Below, in pieces: positions 20,371 through 30,578 of a DNA stretch of 64,000 nt. A program made the translations under genes and the position numbers. The DNA is from an uncultured cyanobacterium. Its GTDB lineage: Bacteria; Cyanobacteriota; Cyanobacteriia; Cyanobacteriales; Nostocaceae. The notes under the pieces are model-generated. The model was not told the origin of the DNA. It was given only the letters and a program-made list of their open reading frames with translations, and ran no database searches. Every line of letters begins with the position of its first letter. The stretch's first letter is position 1. The DNA lies in contig OY970166.1 of assembly GCA_963706595.1 (NCBI GenBank), forward strand, positions 3,712,001-3,776,000. The letters are read 5' to 3'.

Positions 20371-21792
20371 TTATATTGATTCTGTACTAGCTGCGACGCT
20401 TTCTTCCTCGGTCTGAGGTTCAATTGTCTCAGACTCGTCTGCTGTTTCTTCGGCGGGAGTCAGAGAACCTTCGGGGACAAGTTCCACAGATGAATGTTCT
20501 AACAGCCAATCGATGATTTTTTCAGTTAACAGTTCGTTTTCCACCACTGAGCGCATTCTATCAGCGTCAATGTCTTGGTCTGCGTACTGTTCCATCAATT
20601 CGGCAACTCTGGCTGCAACTTCTTCCGGTGTAACCTCGATGGACTCACGTTTGCTGACTTCCAATAATCCCAAAGAGCGTTTGAGGCGTTCAATGGCCTC
20701 ATCGCGCGATCGCTCCCGCAATTGAGGAATAATATCTTCAGTAAACAGCTTTCTCACGTCCAAACCTTGCTGAGACAGCCGCATCGCTGTTTGGTTCAGC
20801 ATCGCGTCTATTTCTCTGTCAATCAAGGTTTCTGGTAAATCAACTTCCACATACTTGAGCAGTTCTGCTAACAAAGCTTCCTGCTGGTTCGATTTGGTTT
20901 TTTCCTCAGCCTCTTTTTGGTGGCGTTCGGCTAAAGAAGCACGCAGTTCTTCCAAGGTGTCAAAATCGCTAACTTCCTGAGCGAAGTCGTCGTTCAATTC
21001 TGGTAGTTCTTTTTCCTTCAGTTCTTTGAGTGTAACTGTGAAAATTGCCGCTTTTCCAGCTAACTCTTCGTTGGCATAAGGATCTGGAAACTGAGCCGGA
21101 ATTTCTCTAGTTTCTTCAGGATTCATCCCTACCATGCCAGATACAAAGCCAGGAATAAACTTGTCTTCTTCCAATTCTAGTTTAAAGTCTGTAGCTTCGG
21201 CTCCTGGAATTGCTTTTGGCTCGGCTGTTTCGTCTTCGCCTTCACCTTTTGCCAGCACACCTTTAAAATCAACTACAGCCACATCACCAATTTGGGCTGC
21301 ACGTCCTTCTACAGGAATCAGCGTCGCTAATTCTTGCCTTTCCTTTTCTAAGACTTCATCAACTCGATTGGTGTCGTGTTTGATTTCCTCGGCTTGGGCG
21401 GATAAACCTGTGTACTGCACCAGATTAACTTCTGGTTGCACATCTACAGCCGCTAAAAAAGTCAGGGGTTTTCCTGGTTCATAATTACTAATCAATTCCT
21501 CAAAGGAAGTCCGCAGTTGTGGTTGTCCAATTGCCGAAATTTCTTCTTGTTTGAGGGCTTTTTCTACGCCATCTTGAACTATTTCTTCCAGCGCTGCTGC
21601 TTTGATTCGAGCTACGCCAAGGCGCTGTAGCAATATCGGCCGAGGTACCTTGCCTTTACGAAACCCAGGAATAGTTGTAGTACTAGCTAAGTTTTTAATT
21701 ACCTGTTCGTAAGTTTTCTGGGTAATTTCTGGCGTAATCTCGATTTCCAAACCAATTTGGCTGGCGGGAAGTTTTTCCTGGGTAACTTTCAT
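20371..21792 (-). CDS. tig: Trigger factor
   Basis: IPGFRKGKVP signature, FKBP-like domain, tig-clpP-clpX synteny. Confidence 0.97.
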   Translation of the reverse strand: MKVTQEKLPASQIGLEIEITPEITQKTYEQVIKNLASTTTIPGFRKGKVPRPILLQRLGVARIKAAALEEIVQDGVEKALKQEEISAIGQPQLRTSFEELISNYEPGKPLTFLAAVDVQPEVNLVQYTGLSAQAEEIKHDTNRVDEVLEKERQELATLIPVEGRAAQIGDVAVVDFKGVLAKGEGEDETAEPKAIPGAEATDFKLELEEDKFIPGFVSGMVGMNPEETREIPAQFPDPYANEELAGKAAIFTVTLKELKEKELPELNDDFAQEVSDFDTLEELRASLAERHQKEAEEKTKSNQQEALLAELLKYVEVDLPETLIDREIDAMLNQTAMRLSQQGLDVRKLFTEDIIPQLRERSRDEAIERLKRSLGLLEVSKRESIEVTPEEVAARVAELMEQYADQDIDADRMRSVVENELLTEKIIDWLLEHSSVELVPEGSLTPAEETADESETIEPQTEEESVAASTESI

Positions 21793-22527
21793 GCTTCGTC
21801 TCTAATATTTATTTCTGGTTTTTTTTGGCTCCAAGTACGCACAAGACGCGATTTACCGCTTCTGTGGGTTGATTTCTCTTGGTTTAGGAATGGGAGGGAC
21901 CCACAAGTTATCTGTCAAAATCCCATATTATATGGATAAGTACCTTCAGTAGATATCCAGTTTATCGTCAATGCCAAAGGACTTGACAATTAACCGCAAT
22001 AACTTTACCTATGGAAACTCGCAGTTATTACAATCACTTAAGCAAGCCATTTTTCTAAATTCAAAGGTCTAACACCGTGATATTCTGGTTCTTAAGGAGC
22101 ATTTTATGCTATAAATTGTGGAACTGTCGGGTTTTTCTGCCTTGGGTGACTACTTTTAACTTTACTGATTACAGTCCATCTGGATCATAGTACATCCATC
22201 CTAATTGGCAACCCACTTAACCAGAGTGATATTTGTTTACCTATCCTGAAGTGTGTGTACTGCATTTTTCTCTAAGACTGAGTTTGTTGTATAATAATAA
22301 TATTTAGATATTTTGATAAATCGGTGGAAAATTCTAGCAGCAAGACAAGTAAATTTCAACATTGTCTAACTTAAAATGTAATCTAGAAAATAAACGTCCT
22401 ATTTTTAGAAAAGTCGCGTAGAATTAAAAAAAATTTTATTAAAAATCTGCGATCGCTATTTAGATAAGTAAGTATAAATTGTAAATTGTTCAGAAAAATT
22501 ACTCACCTCTTAAAGGAGAAAGCCAGT

Positions 22528-23577
22528 TTGTCGAAATCCTATCGTGTCGCTATTTTGGGAGCTACGGGTGCTGTTGGCACAGAGTTACTGGAATTACTAG
22601 AAAGCCGTAATTTTCCGGTGGCGGAGTTGAAGCTATTGGCATCAGCACGGAGTGTAGGGCGATCGCTCCGGTTTAAAGGCGAAGATTTACCAGTAGAATT
22701 AGTCAGCGATCGCACCCTAGAAAATGTAGACTTAGTTCTAGCTAGTGCAGGCGGTTCCACCTCCAAGACTTGGGCAGCTATTGCCGTAGAAAAAGGTGCT
22801 GTAGTCATAGACAATTCCAGCGCCTTTCGGATGAACCCCGAAGTTCCCTTAGTCGTACCAGAGGTAAACCCCTTAGCTGCTGCTAAACACCAAGGTATTA
22901 TCGCTAACCCCAACTGCACCACAATTTTGATGAGCGTGGCAATTTGGCCTCTGCATCAAATCAGTCCCATCAAACGCATTGTAGTTTCCACCTATCAATC
23001 AGCCAGTGGCGCAGGTGCCAAAGCAATGGCAGAAGTTCAAACCCAAGCCAGTGCTATCTTACAAGGACAGGAACCAGTAGCCGAAATTTTGCCTTATCCC
23101 TTGGCGTTTAACTTATTCCCACATAACTCTGCCTTAAACGATTTGGGTTACTGTGAAGAAGAAATGAAAATGGTCAACGAAACCCGCAAAATTTTTGACG
23201 ACCAACAAATTAGAATTACTGCTACTTGTATACGGGTTCCCGTACTTCGCGCCCATTCCGAAGCCATTAATCTAGAATTTGCTCATCCATTTAGTGCAGA
23301 TGCAGCTAGAGAAATTTTAAGTCACTCTCCTGGAGTAAAATTAATCGAAGATTGGGAAAAGAATTACTTTCCCATGCCGATGGAAGCCACAGGTCAGGAC
23401 GACGTGTTAGTGGGAAGAATTCGTCAAGATATTTCTCATCCATGCGGCTTGGAACTTTGGCTTTCTGGTGACCAAATCCGTAAAGGTGCGGCCTTGAATG
23501 CAGTCCAAATTGCCGAGTTATTGGTAGAAAAAAATCTCCTCCAACCAGCAAAAACATACGTCTCTAGTGAGAAATAA
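22528..23577 (+). CDS. asd: Aspartate-semialdehyde dehydrogenase
   Basis: GATGAVG, NPNCTT, SASGAG, RKGAALN; TTG start inferred. Confidence 0.97.
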   Translation: MSKSYRVAILGATGAVGTELLELLESRNFPVAELKLLASARSVGRSLRFKGEDLPVELVSDRTLENVDLVLASAGGSTSKTWAAIAVEKGAVVIDNSSAFRMNPEVPLVVPEVNPLAAAKHQGIIANPNCTTILMSVAIWPLHQISPIKRIVVSTYQSASGAGAKAMAEVQTQASAILQGQEPVAEILPYPLAFNLFPHNSALNDLGYCEEEMKMVNETRKIFDDQQIRITATCIRVPVLRAHSEAINLEFAHPFSADAAREILSHSPGVKLIEDWEKNYFPMPMEATGQDDVLVGRIRQDISHPCGLELWLSGDQIRKGAALNAVQIAELLVEKNLLQPAKTYVSSEK

Positions 23578-23616
23578 TCACCAATTAGATATCAGGTATT
23601 TTTCCCTAGTAAGATA

Positions 23617-23717
23617 TATAGCCATCCTATTTGATATATGAATTATCGAACCGCCAAGTCGCCAAGGTCGCCAAGAGAGGAAGTAAAGAGGTTCACAATT
23701 GATTTAGGACTTCTATA
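23617..23717. repeat. TATAGC-ended MITE with internal CGCCAAG repeats
   Basis: tatagccatcct ... aggacttctata; aaccgccaagtcgccaaggtcgccaag inside. Confidence 0.6.
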
Positions 23718-23747
23718 TAAAAAACAATATCTTTGAAGTACCTTTCA

Positions 23748-23856
23748 AACAGTTATCAGTAAACAGTGAACAGTTATCAAGCCGAGTTGCTTAACAACGA
23801 TTGTAATCCAATTATGTCTCGTAACTGATAACTGATAACTGATAACTGATAACTGT
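23748..23856. repeat. STRR (ACTGATA)n in inverted arrangement
   Basis: cagttatcagt ... taactgataactgataactgataactgataactg. Confidence 0.85.
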
Positions 23857-23891
23857 AAAAAACCAAGAGGCTAATTAGGAGTAAAAACAGG

Positions 23892-24776
23892 GTGGGAGAA
23901 TTTGGCAGAGTTTTAACCGCTATGATTACGCCGTTTAAAGCAGACGGTAGTGTTAACTATGATGTAGCGGCAGAATTAGCAGCACATCTAGTTAACAACG
24001 GTACAGATACATTAGTCGTATGTGGGACAACAGGTGAGTCTCCTACCCTAACTTGGGACGAGGAATACCAGTTGTTTGTGGAAGTATTGCAAGCCGTGGC
24101 CGGAAAAGCCAAGGTAATTGCCGGATGTGGTTCTAATTCCACCAAAGAAGCGATCGCAGCTACCCAAAAAGCTGCTAGAATAGGAGTACATGGTTCATTA
24201 CAAGTTGTACCCTATTACAACAAACCGCCACAAGCAGGTCTATACCAGCACTTTCAAGCGATCGCCCAAGCTTGTCCAGAACTACCATTACTGTTATATA
24301 ATGTCCCTGGACGTACCGGACAAAACCTCAGTCCAGAAACTGCTGCCAGGTTAGCGGAAATTGACAATATTGTTGGCATCAAGGAAGCAACTGGAAATTT
24401 AGACCAAGCAAGTGAAATTCGCCGCTTGACACCAAAAGAATTTCAGATTTACTCTGGAGATGATTCCTTAACCTTGCCCTTGTTAGCAATTGGGGCAACA
24501 GGAGTTGTGAGTGTCGCTTCTCATCTGGTAGGTAATCAACTACAGCAGATGATTCAAGCTTTTAGTGCGGGAGAAATCGCTACGGCTACCGAAATTCATC
24601 TACAACTATTTCCATTGTTTAAAGCTTTATTTTTAACTACAAATCCCATTCCAGTTAAACAAGCGCTGAAACTTCAAGGTTGGGAGGTCGGTTCAACTCG
24701 TCTACCGCTATGCGAAGTTGACTCAGATGTTAGTGATAAGTTAAAGGTGGTGTTAGATAAACTCGATTTAATTTAA
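23892..24776 (+). CDS. dapA: 4-hydroxy-tetrahydrodipicolinate synthase
   Basis: [23 protein letters not shown]. Confidence 0.97.
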   Translation: MGEFGRVLTAMITPFKADGSVNYDVAAELAAHLVNNGTDTLVVCGTTGESPTLTWDEEYQLFVEVLQAVAGKAKVIAGCGSNSTKEAIAATQKAARIGVHGSLQVVPYYNKPPQAGLYQHFQAIAQACPELPLLLYNVPGRTGQNLSPETAARLAEIDNIVGIKEATGNLDQASEIRRLTPKEFQIYSGDDSLTLPLLAIGATGVVSVASHLVGNQLQQMIQAFSAGEIATATEIHLQLFPLFKALFLTTNPIPVKQALKLQGWEVGSTRLPLCEVDSDVSDKLKVVLDKLDLI

Positions 24777-25081
24777 ATGCCAATTTCTGGAATATCGACC
24801 AGTTATCACTTGACATTTTTATGCTGAGACTGTTGGCGATATCTGATTTTGTAGTTGAGTAAAGTATGGCATTGAAAAAATCACAGATAAGATAATTTTG
24901 TATTTGATTAATATCAGAAGAGTTATATATGTGAAATCGTTTTATTCAAGGCATAACTGAACATCTCAAACATCATTTAGCTGCTTTTACATAGAAAGCT
25001 AGTATTTTCTTTCATACATAACCAAGATAGATAATTGTGAATTTATTAAAGCTGAAAAACCAACAACCATCAAAGGACAAA

Positions 25082-26854
25082 ATGGTAAACAACGAAACTA
25101 AATCCGCCCTGAAAATTATTCCCTTGGGCGGTTTGCACGAAATTGGCAAAAATACCTGTGTTTTTGAGTACGAAGACGAAATTGTGCTTCTCGATGCCGG
25201 ATTAGCCTTTCCTACAAAAGGAATGTTAGGGGTAAATATTGTCCTGCCTGATACAACATATCTACGGGAAAATCGCCATAAGATTAAAGGCATGATCGTG
25301 ACTCACGGTCATGAAGACCATATCGGCGGTATCGCTTTTCACCTCAAGCAATTTGACATCCCGATCATTCATGGCCCTAGATTAGCAATGGCGATGCTAG
25401 AGGGTAAATTGGAAGAAGCCGGAGTACGCGATCGCACTGAGTTAAGATCAGTTAAACCCCGTGATGTAGTCCGCATTGGTCAACATTTCTTTGCAGAATT
25501 TATCCGCAATACCCACTCCATTGCCGATAGTTTTACAGTGGCTATTCATACGCCTCTAGGTGTAGTTATCCACACAGGAGACTTTAAAATTGATCATACA
25601 CCTGTAGATGGCGAACACTATGACTTACAACGGTTAGCAGAACACGGCGAACGAGGTGTACTGTGCTTGTTGAGTGATTCAACTAACGCCGAAGTCCCAG
25701 GATTTACCCCTTCAGAACGTGCTGTTTTCCCCAACTTAGACAGGGAATTTGGTAAAGCTACCGGACGCTTATTTGTCACCACATTTTCATCCAGTGTGCA
25801 TCGCATCAACATGATTTTGCAGTTGGCGCAGAAGCATAACCGGGTGGTGTCGGTGGTGGGTCGTTCCATGCTGAATTTGATTGCTCATGCCCGCAATTTG
25901 GGTTACATCAAGTGTGATGATAGTATCTTCCATCCATTGCACGCAGTCCGGAATATGCCAGATGAAAAAGTACTGATTTTAACTACTGGCTCTCAGGGTG
26001 AAACAATGGCAGCCATGACCCGCATTGCCAACAAAGAACACTCCCAAATCAAAATTCGTCCAGGAGATACGGTACTCTTCTCTGCAAACCCAATTCCTGG
26101 CAATACTATCGCTGTGGTTAACACCATCGATAAATTGATGATTCAGGGCGCAAATGTAGTCTATGGGAAAGACAAAGGCATTCACGTTTCTGGTCACGGC
26201 TGTCAGGAAGACCAAAAACTGATGATTGCTTTAACTCGTCCTAAGTTCTTTGTGCCATTCCACGGTGAACATCGAATGCTAGTGAAGCACTCCCAAACTG
26301 CTCAGAGTATGGGTATTCCTGCCGAAAATATGGTAATTATCGAAAACGGCAACATCGTAGAATTAACTGAAGAATCTATCCGTGTTGCTGGTAAAGTCGC
26401 ATCTGGTATCGAACTCGTAGATACTACCAGCGCTGGTATGGTAAGCGATAAAGTCTTGCTAGAACGACAACGGATGTCAGAAGAAGGACTTGTTACCATT
26501 GCTGCTGCTATTGATTGGAATGGCAAACTGATGGCTAGAGTAGAAACTCATTTGCGCGGTGTCGTTACCAGTGTAGAGCAATCGCTAGTACAAAAATGGG
26601 TACAACAGCGCATTGAAGAAATGCTTACTGTGCGTTGGTCAGAATTTGCCCAGATTCGTGAAGGCGAAAAACCAGAAGTAGACTGGGGTGGATTGCAAGG
26701 GATGTTAGAGCGTGAATTACAACGCTCCATCCGCCGAGAATTGCAATGTCAACCAACTGTGACATTATTGATGCAAATTGCTGAAGAACCACCTGCGAAA
26801 GTTTCCGATGGTAGAAGACGACGGACTCGCACGACAGCGCAAGTAGCATCTTAA
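25082..26854 (+). CDS. rnj: Ribonuclease J
   Basis: PLGGLHEIGKN, HGHEDH, HVSGH, HGE motifs; ATG 25082 inferred. Confidence 0.96.
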   Translation: MVNNETKSALKIIPLGGLHEIGKNTCVFEYEDEIVLLDAGLAFPTKGMLGVNIVLPDTTYLRENRHKIKGMIVTHGHEDHIGGIAFHLKQFDIPIIHGPRLAMAMLEGKLEEAGVRDRTELRSVKPRDVVRIGQHFFAEFIRNTHSIADSFTVAIHTPLGVVIHTGDFKIDHTPVDGEHYDLQRLAEHGERGVLCLLSDSTNAEVPGFTPSERAVFPNLDREFGKATGRLFVTTFSSSVHRINMILQLAQKHNRVVSVVGRSMLNLIAHARNLGYIKCDDSIFHPLHAVRNMPDEKVLILTTGSQGETMAAMTRIANKEHSQIKIRPGDTVLFSANPIPGNTIAVVNTIDKLMIQGANVVYGKDKGIHVSGHGCQEDQKLMIALTRPKFFVPFHGEHRMLVKHSQTAQSMGIPAENMVIIENGNIVELTEESIRVAGKVASGIELVDTTSAGMVSDKVLLERQRMSEEGLVTIAAAIDWNGKLMARVETHLRGVVTSVEQSLVQKWVQQRIEEMLTVRWSEFAQIREGEKPEVDWGGLQGMLERELQRSIRRELQCQPTVTLLMQIAEEPPAKVSDGRRRRTRTTAQVAS

Positions 26855-26865
26855 TCAAGGTGCTG

Positions 26866-27064
26866 AGTTAAGTTGGTAGTGGGTTACGGAATAGACCGAC
26901 ACGCTTAAAATAGTTAAGTTGGTGGTGGGTTACGGACTACCGTCCTAACCCACCCTACTGGCGTGGCAAGGCTAAAATGTTGCAATAGATTTTTGAGAAA
27001 ATTGAGATAAATCAATGTTTTCGGCTTTTTCCTAATGCACTATTTTAAGCTTGCCACGCCACTA
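26866..27064. repeat. Duplicated REP-like unit followed by a MITE (TIR TGGCGTGGCAAG)
   Basis: 25-bp direct repeats at 26866 and 26912; tggcgtggcaaggctaaaat / attttaagcttgccacgcca. Confidence 0.7.
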
Positions 27065-27227
27065 CGAATATAATTTATTACCCTGGTTTCTTGAATAAAT
27101 CGGGGTTTTTGATTTTCATCAATAATTGTTGATTCTCAAAAAGACATATCTTATAGTAGTTGTTGTAAAAGTAGTCACGTATACAAAATTAGTTTTACTA
27201 ATATACTTTATTTTAAGTATAAAATTT

Positions 27228-27236
27228 TGCTATAAT
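27228..27236 (+). promoter_or_regulatory. Extended -10 promoter for the Rieske cluster
   Basis: TGCTATAAT upstream of the petC-like gene. Confidence 0.5.
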
Positions 27237-27409
27237 AAATAGGGGAACAAGAAAAGTATTGCAAACCTTTAAAGTCCCTTCTAAGGTTACTGCACCAAGG
27301 TTTTTGCAATCCATTTCACACTGCAAATTGCCATTTTGATCCTCTCAGGTCTAAGGATACTGAGATCAATTTCAATGGGTTTACGCATCAATTTTTCAGG
27401 AGGTCCTTT

Positions 27410-27946
27410 ATGGACACCAATCTTCATCTCGAAAGTCCATCCCTATCAAGACGACAACTCCTCAACTTTCTGACCGGAGCAACCGTTGCTGCTACTGCTG
27501 GGGCTGCACTCTATCCTGTTGGCAAATTCTTCATTGCTCCAGCCGAAAAAACGGGAGCAGGGGGTGCTATTCTTGCTAAAGATATTTTGGGGAAACAAAT
27601 ACCAGCCGCGCAAATTCTGGCAGAACCGCCTGGAACCCGCGCCTTGGTTGCAGGTTTGGCAGGAGAACCCACTTACCTAATTGTCAAAGAAGATAATACA
27701 CTAGATCATATTGGGCTGGTAGATAACTGCACTCACCTTGGTTGTACCTTCCCCTGGAACCCTCTGGATGAGGAGTTTCAGTGTCCTTGTCATGGTTCCC
27801 GCTATGCTCCAGATGGGACGGTGGTACGTGGTCCGGCTCCTCTGCCTCTCAAAATTGTCCAAGTTGAAGTGATCAATAATAGTATTTTGATTTCGCCCTG
27901 GACAAAAACTGATCCTCGCACTGGAAAAAACCCCTGGTGGGTCTGA
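27410..27946 (+). CDS. petC: Alternative cytochrome b6f Rieske Fe-S protein (PetC paralog, not linked to petA)
   Basis: Tat signal SRRQLL, CTHLGC and CPCHGS boxes, DPRTG..WW end. Confidence 0.92.
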   Translation: MDTNLHLESPSLSRRQLLNFLTGATVAATAGAALYPVGKFFIAPAEKTGAGGAILAKDILGKQIPAAQILAEPPGTRALVAGLAGEPTYLIVKEDNTLDHIGLVDNCTHLGCTFPWNPLDEEFQCPCHGSRYAPDGTVVRGPAPLPLKIVQVEVINNSILISPWTKTDPRTGKNPWWV

Positions 27947-27958
27947 AGATGAAATAAT

Positions 27959-28636
27959 ATGAAACCGATTCGTATTTTTTACTTTTCCGATATTCTCTGC
28001 ATTTGGGCTTATATTGCTCAAATTCGGCTAGATGAGTTAAAAATAACCTTTGAAGACAAGATTGCCATAGAACACCACTTTGTCCCCGTCTTTGGTGCTG
28101 CTGGTGAAAAACTGGAGAACCGATGGCGAGAAAGAGGGGGATTGCAAGGATACAGTGATCATGTTCAGGGGGTTGCCAAAAAGTTTGATCACATCAGCCT
28201 TCATCCTGATATTTGGACTAAGGTGACACCAGCTTCATCTACATCTTGTCATCTGTTTCTCCATGCGATTCAATTATTAGCAGCGAAAGGTTTGGTTGAC
28301 CCAGATCAACAGGTATTTGAAAAAGCAACTAAGGCTTTTCGAGAAGCGTTTTTTACCAAATTGGCAAACGTTTCTGAGCGTAATGTGCAATTTGAAATTG
28401 CGGAGGAGTTAAAACTCCCAATTGCAGCTATCCAAGCTGAGATTGATAGTGGTGAGGCTTATGCTCAACTATCTAAGGATTTTGAATTAGTCAAAGAGCT
28501 TATGGTTACGGTCAGCCCTACCCTAATTTTTAATGAAGGACGGCAGAGACTCAATGGTAATGTGGGCTACCGAGTTATGGAAGCCAATATTCGGGAGTTA
28601 CTACACAATCCTCCGGGGGAACAATCTTGGTGTTAG
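27959..28636 (+). CDS. DsbA/FrnE-like thioredoxin-fold protein with a single active-site Cys
   Basis: FSDILCIWAY in place of CPWC; VSPTLIF cis-Pro loop. Confidence 0.8.
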   Translation: MKPIRIFYFSDILCIWAYIAQIRLDELKITFEDKIAIEHHFVPVFGAAGEKLENRWRERGGLQGYSDHVQGVAKKFDHISLHPDIWTKVTPASSTSCHLFLHAIQLLAAKGLVDPDQQVFEKATKAFREAFFTKLANVSERNVQFEIAEELKLPIAAIQAEIDSGEAYAQLSKDFELVKELMVTVSPTLIFNEGRQRLNGNVGYRVMEANIRELLHNPPGEQSWC

Positions 28637-28677
28637 GTGGCAAAATATTAAATTTATATGCCTGTCAGCTTAAGTTT

Positions 28678-29223
28678 ATGAGAATTTTTATGATGACCTC
28701 TATCTGCTTTAACGGGTCTATAATTCGCTCAATGCGCTGGCTGCTGGCTGCTTGGCTCTGCATTTCACTGTTTGTTTGCAGTCCATTACCCGCTTTTGCT
28801 ACTGTGACGCAAATCGAAGAGTCCCCAGGGCAGATGCTCTACCAATCCCGGCAAAGTCTGCGGGATCAGAACGGAAATTCTTGGCAGGCGATCGCCTTCA
28901 ATCGCATCTATCCCGATGGTAGTAATATGATTTCTGTGAGGCTAGTGGGCTTTCCTGGTGCGGTGGAAATAGATCACAGTCAACCACTGACTCTAACAAC
29001 ATCTATGGGAAAAACTCTCACTGCTAAGGATATTTCTAGCAAAATTTCTTCAGACACACCAACCCTAACGAATGTCGGAGAATATGACATTAAGCCTGTT
29101 TTACCACAGTTGCAGGCGGAAATCCCCCTTCAGTTAACATTACCGATACTGAATGGCTCTGCGGTCGAGTTGCAAATTCCTTCCACAGCAGTTCAAGAAT
29201 GGCAAACATTTTCTGCTCATTGA
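28678..29223 (+). CDS. DUF3122-like exported protein
   Basis: Signal peptide; QSLRDQNGNSWQ, RLVGFPG; start uncertain. Confidence 0.7.
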   Translation: MRIFMMTSICFNGSIIRSMRWLLAAWLCISLFVCSPLPAFATVTQIEESPGQMLYQSRQSLRDQNGNSWQAIAFNRIYPDGSNMISVRLVGFPGAVEIDHSQPLTLTTSMGKTLTAKDISSKISSDTPTLTNVGEYDIKPVLPQLQAEIPLQLTLPILNGSAVELQIPSTAVQEWQTFSAH

Positions 29224-29342
29224 TTTTGACATTCTCATTCAAGTGAGGTACAAGCAGTAATAATTAAACGCAGATGGACGCAGATAAACGCAGATAATTG
29301 TGTACTTTATTAGACTGGGAAATGCTATGTGGAGTCGGATCA

Positions 29343-29744
29343 ATGTTCAAAATGGGCGAAGTTTCTCGTAATTTAGGAATCAATCCCCAAACGCTGTATT
29401 TTTACGAGCGCATTGGGCTAATTCCACCTCCCCAGCGTACTGAAGCGGGATATCGACTTTTTAGCCAGTTAGATGTAGATCGACTGGCTTTTATTACCCG
29501 TGCTAAGTCTTTGGGGCTGAGTTTGGATGATATTAAGGAGATTCTATCTTTAAAGGAAGGGAAATTACTCTCCTGTAAAGCTGTTTATGAACGACTCAGC
29601 CAAAAAGTTAAGGATATTGAGGAAAATATATCTCAATTGCGATCGCTCCATGATGAGCTAGTACCTTTGGTTGAGCAATGCAAAACCAACTTAGACCATC
29701 CTGATCCAGCTTATCAATGTATTATTCTTGACGCAGAACTCTAA
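29343..29744 (+). CDS. MerR-family metal-responsive regulator (CueR/ZntR-like)
   Basis: LYFYERIGLI..GYRLF, Cys at the start of the dimer helix, C-terminal C..C. Confidence 0.92.
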   Translation: MFKMGEVSRNLGINPQTLYFYERIGLIPPPQRTEAGYRLFSQLDVDRLAFITRAKSLGLSLDDIKEILSLKEGKLLSCKAVYERLSQKVKDIEENISQLRSLHDELVPLVEQCKTNLDHPDPAYQCIILDAEL

Positions 29745-29769
29745 AAAACTAAATATTTTCCGAAACCCC

Positions 29770-29801
29770 TTGACCTTATACATGGGTATAGAGTTTATAG
29801 T
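29770..29801 (+). promoter_or_regulatory. MerR-type promoter/operator
   Basis: TTGACC-20 nt-TATAGT with dyad ACCTTATAC-ATGG-GTATAGAGT. Confidence 0.85.
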
Positions 29802-29839
29802 GAAATCTATCAAGATTATTCTCTATTGAGTAGGTCATT

Positions 29840-30286
29840 ATGTTCCAAACCATCACGAATACTCTAGCCATTGGTTCTGTTGCTGAAACTGAAGCGTTGC
29901 AAGAAGTTGCTCAAAACGGCTACAAGACTGTGATTGATTTGTGTCCTGCGGCGGAAGGAAATCAGCTTAATGCGTCAACTGTGAAAGAACTGGCTTTGGA
30001 ATATGTCAGTGTTCCGGTTTCAGCCAAAAACTTGACCGTCGAAACACTAGAAGCCTTTAAACAAGCGGTGAAAGCATCCCCCCAACCGATTTATACTCGC
30101 TGTGCTTCTGGATTAAGGGCGGGAGTATTTACCTTATTGATATTAGCAGAAGAACAAGGTTGGACAGAGGCGCAATATCTTGAGAAATTTCAGGCTTTAG
30201 GAATTGCTCAGAAGCCAAACTGTCCTTTAGGAAGTTTTGCTCATACTTACTTTCAGGCAAAGGAAACAGAGAATGTGGCAGTTTAG
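29840..30286 (+). CDS. DUF442/Blh-like sulfurtransferase (phosphatase fold)
   Basis: GYKTVIDL and CASGLR (C-x-S-G-x-R) active loop. Confidence 0.75.
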   Translation: MFQTITNTLAIGSVAETEALQEVAQNGYKTVIDLCPAAEGNQLNASTVKELALEYVSVPVSAKNLTVETLEAFKQAVKASPQPIYTRCASGLRAGVFTLLILAEEQGWTEAQYLEKFQALGIAQKPNCPLGSFAHTYFQAKETENVAV

Positions 30287-30323
30287 TGAACCGAATTAGA
30301 TCACACCAAAAAGGAAATATATC

Positions 30324-30566
30324 ATGAATGCGATCAAGATTGAAATTCTGGGTACAGGCTGCAAAAAGTGCCAACAGCTAGAAGCAAATGCTCAAGAAGC
30401 TGTGGCAAATCTTAACTTAACGGCGGAAGTTCTGCACATTACCGATCCTGTGGAAATTGCGATGCGTGGGGTAATGTCTACGCCTGCAATGGCGGTAAAT
30501 GGCAAAGTTGTCACCAAGGGGAAAGTGATCAGCGCCGAGCAAATCCAACCCCTATTACAGGGTTAA
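30324..30566 (+). CDS. Small thioredoxin (MTH895/ArsE-like)
   Basis: GTGCKKC, GVMSTPA. Confidence 0.88.
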   Translation: MNAIKIEILGTGCKKCQQLEANAQEAVANLNLTAEVLHITDPVEIAMRGVMSTPAMAVNGKVVTKGKVISAEQIQPLLQG

Positions 30567-30578
30567 ATCAGCAAATTA

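Noticed and set aside
26866..26936. Two 25-bp direct repeats with a 21-nt spacer resembling a mini-CRISPR
   Set aside because: Only two units, short spacer, no cas genes; the second unit continues into a REP palindrome, so this is a REP duplication
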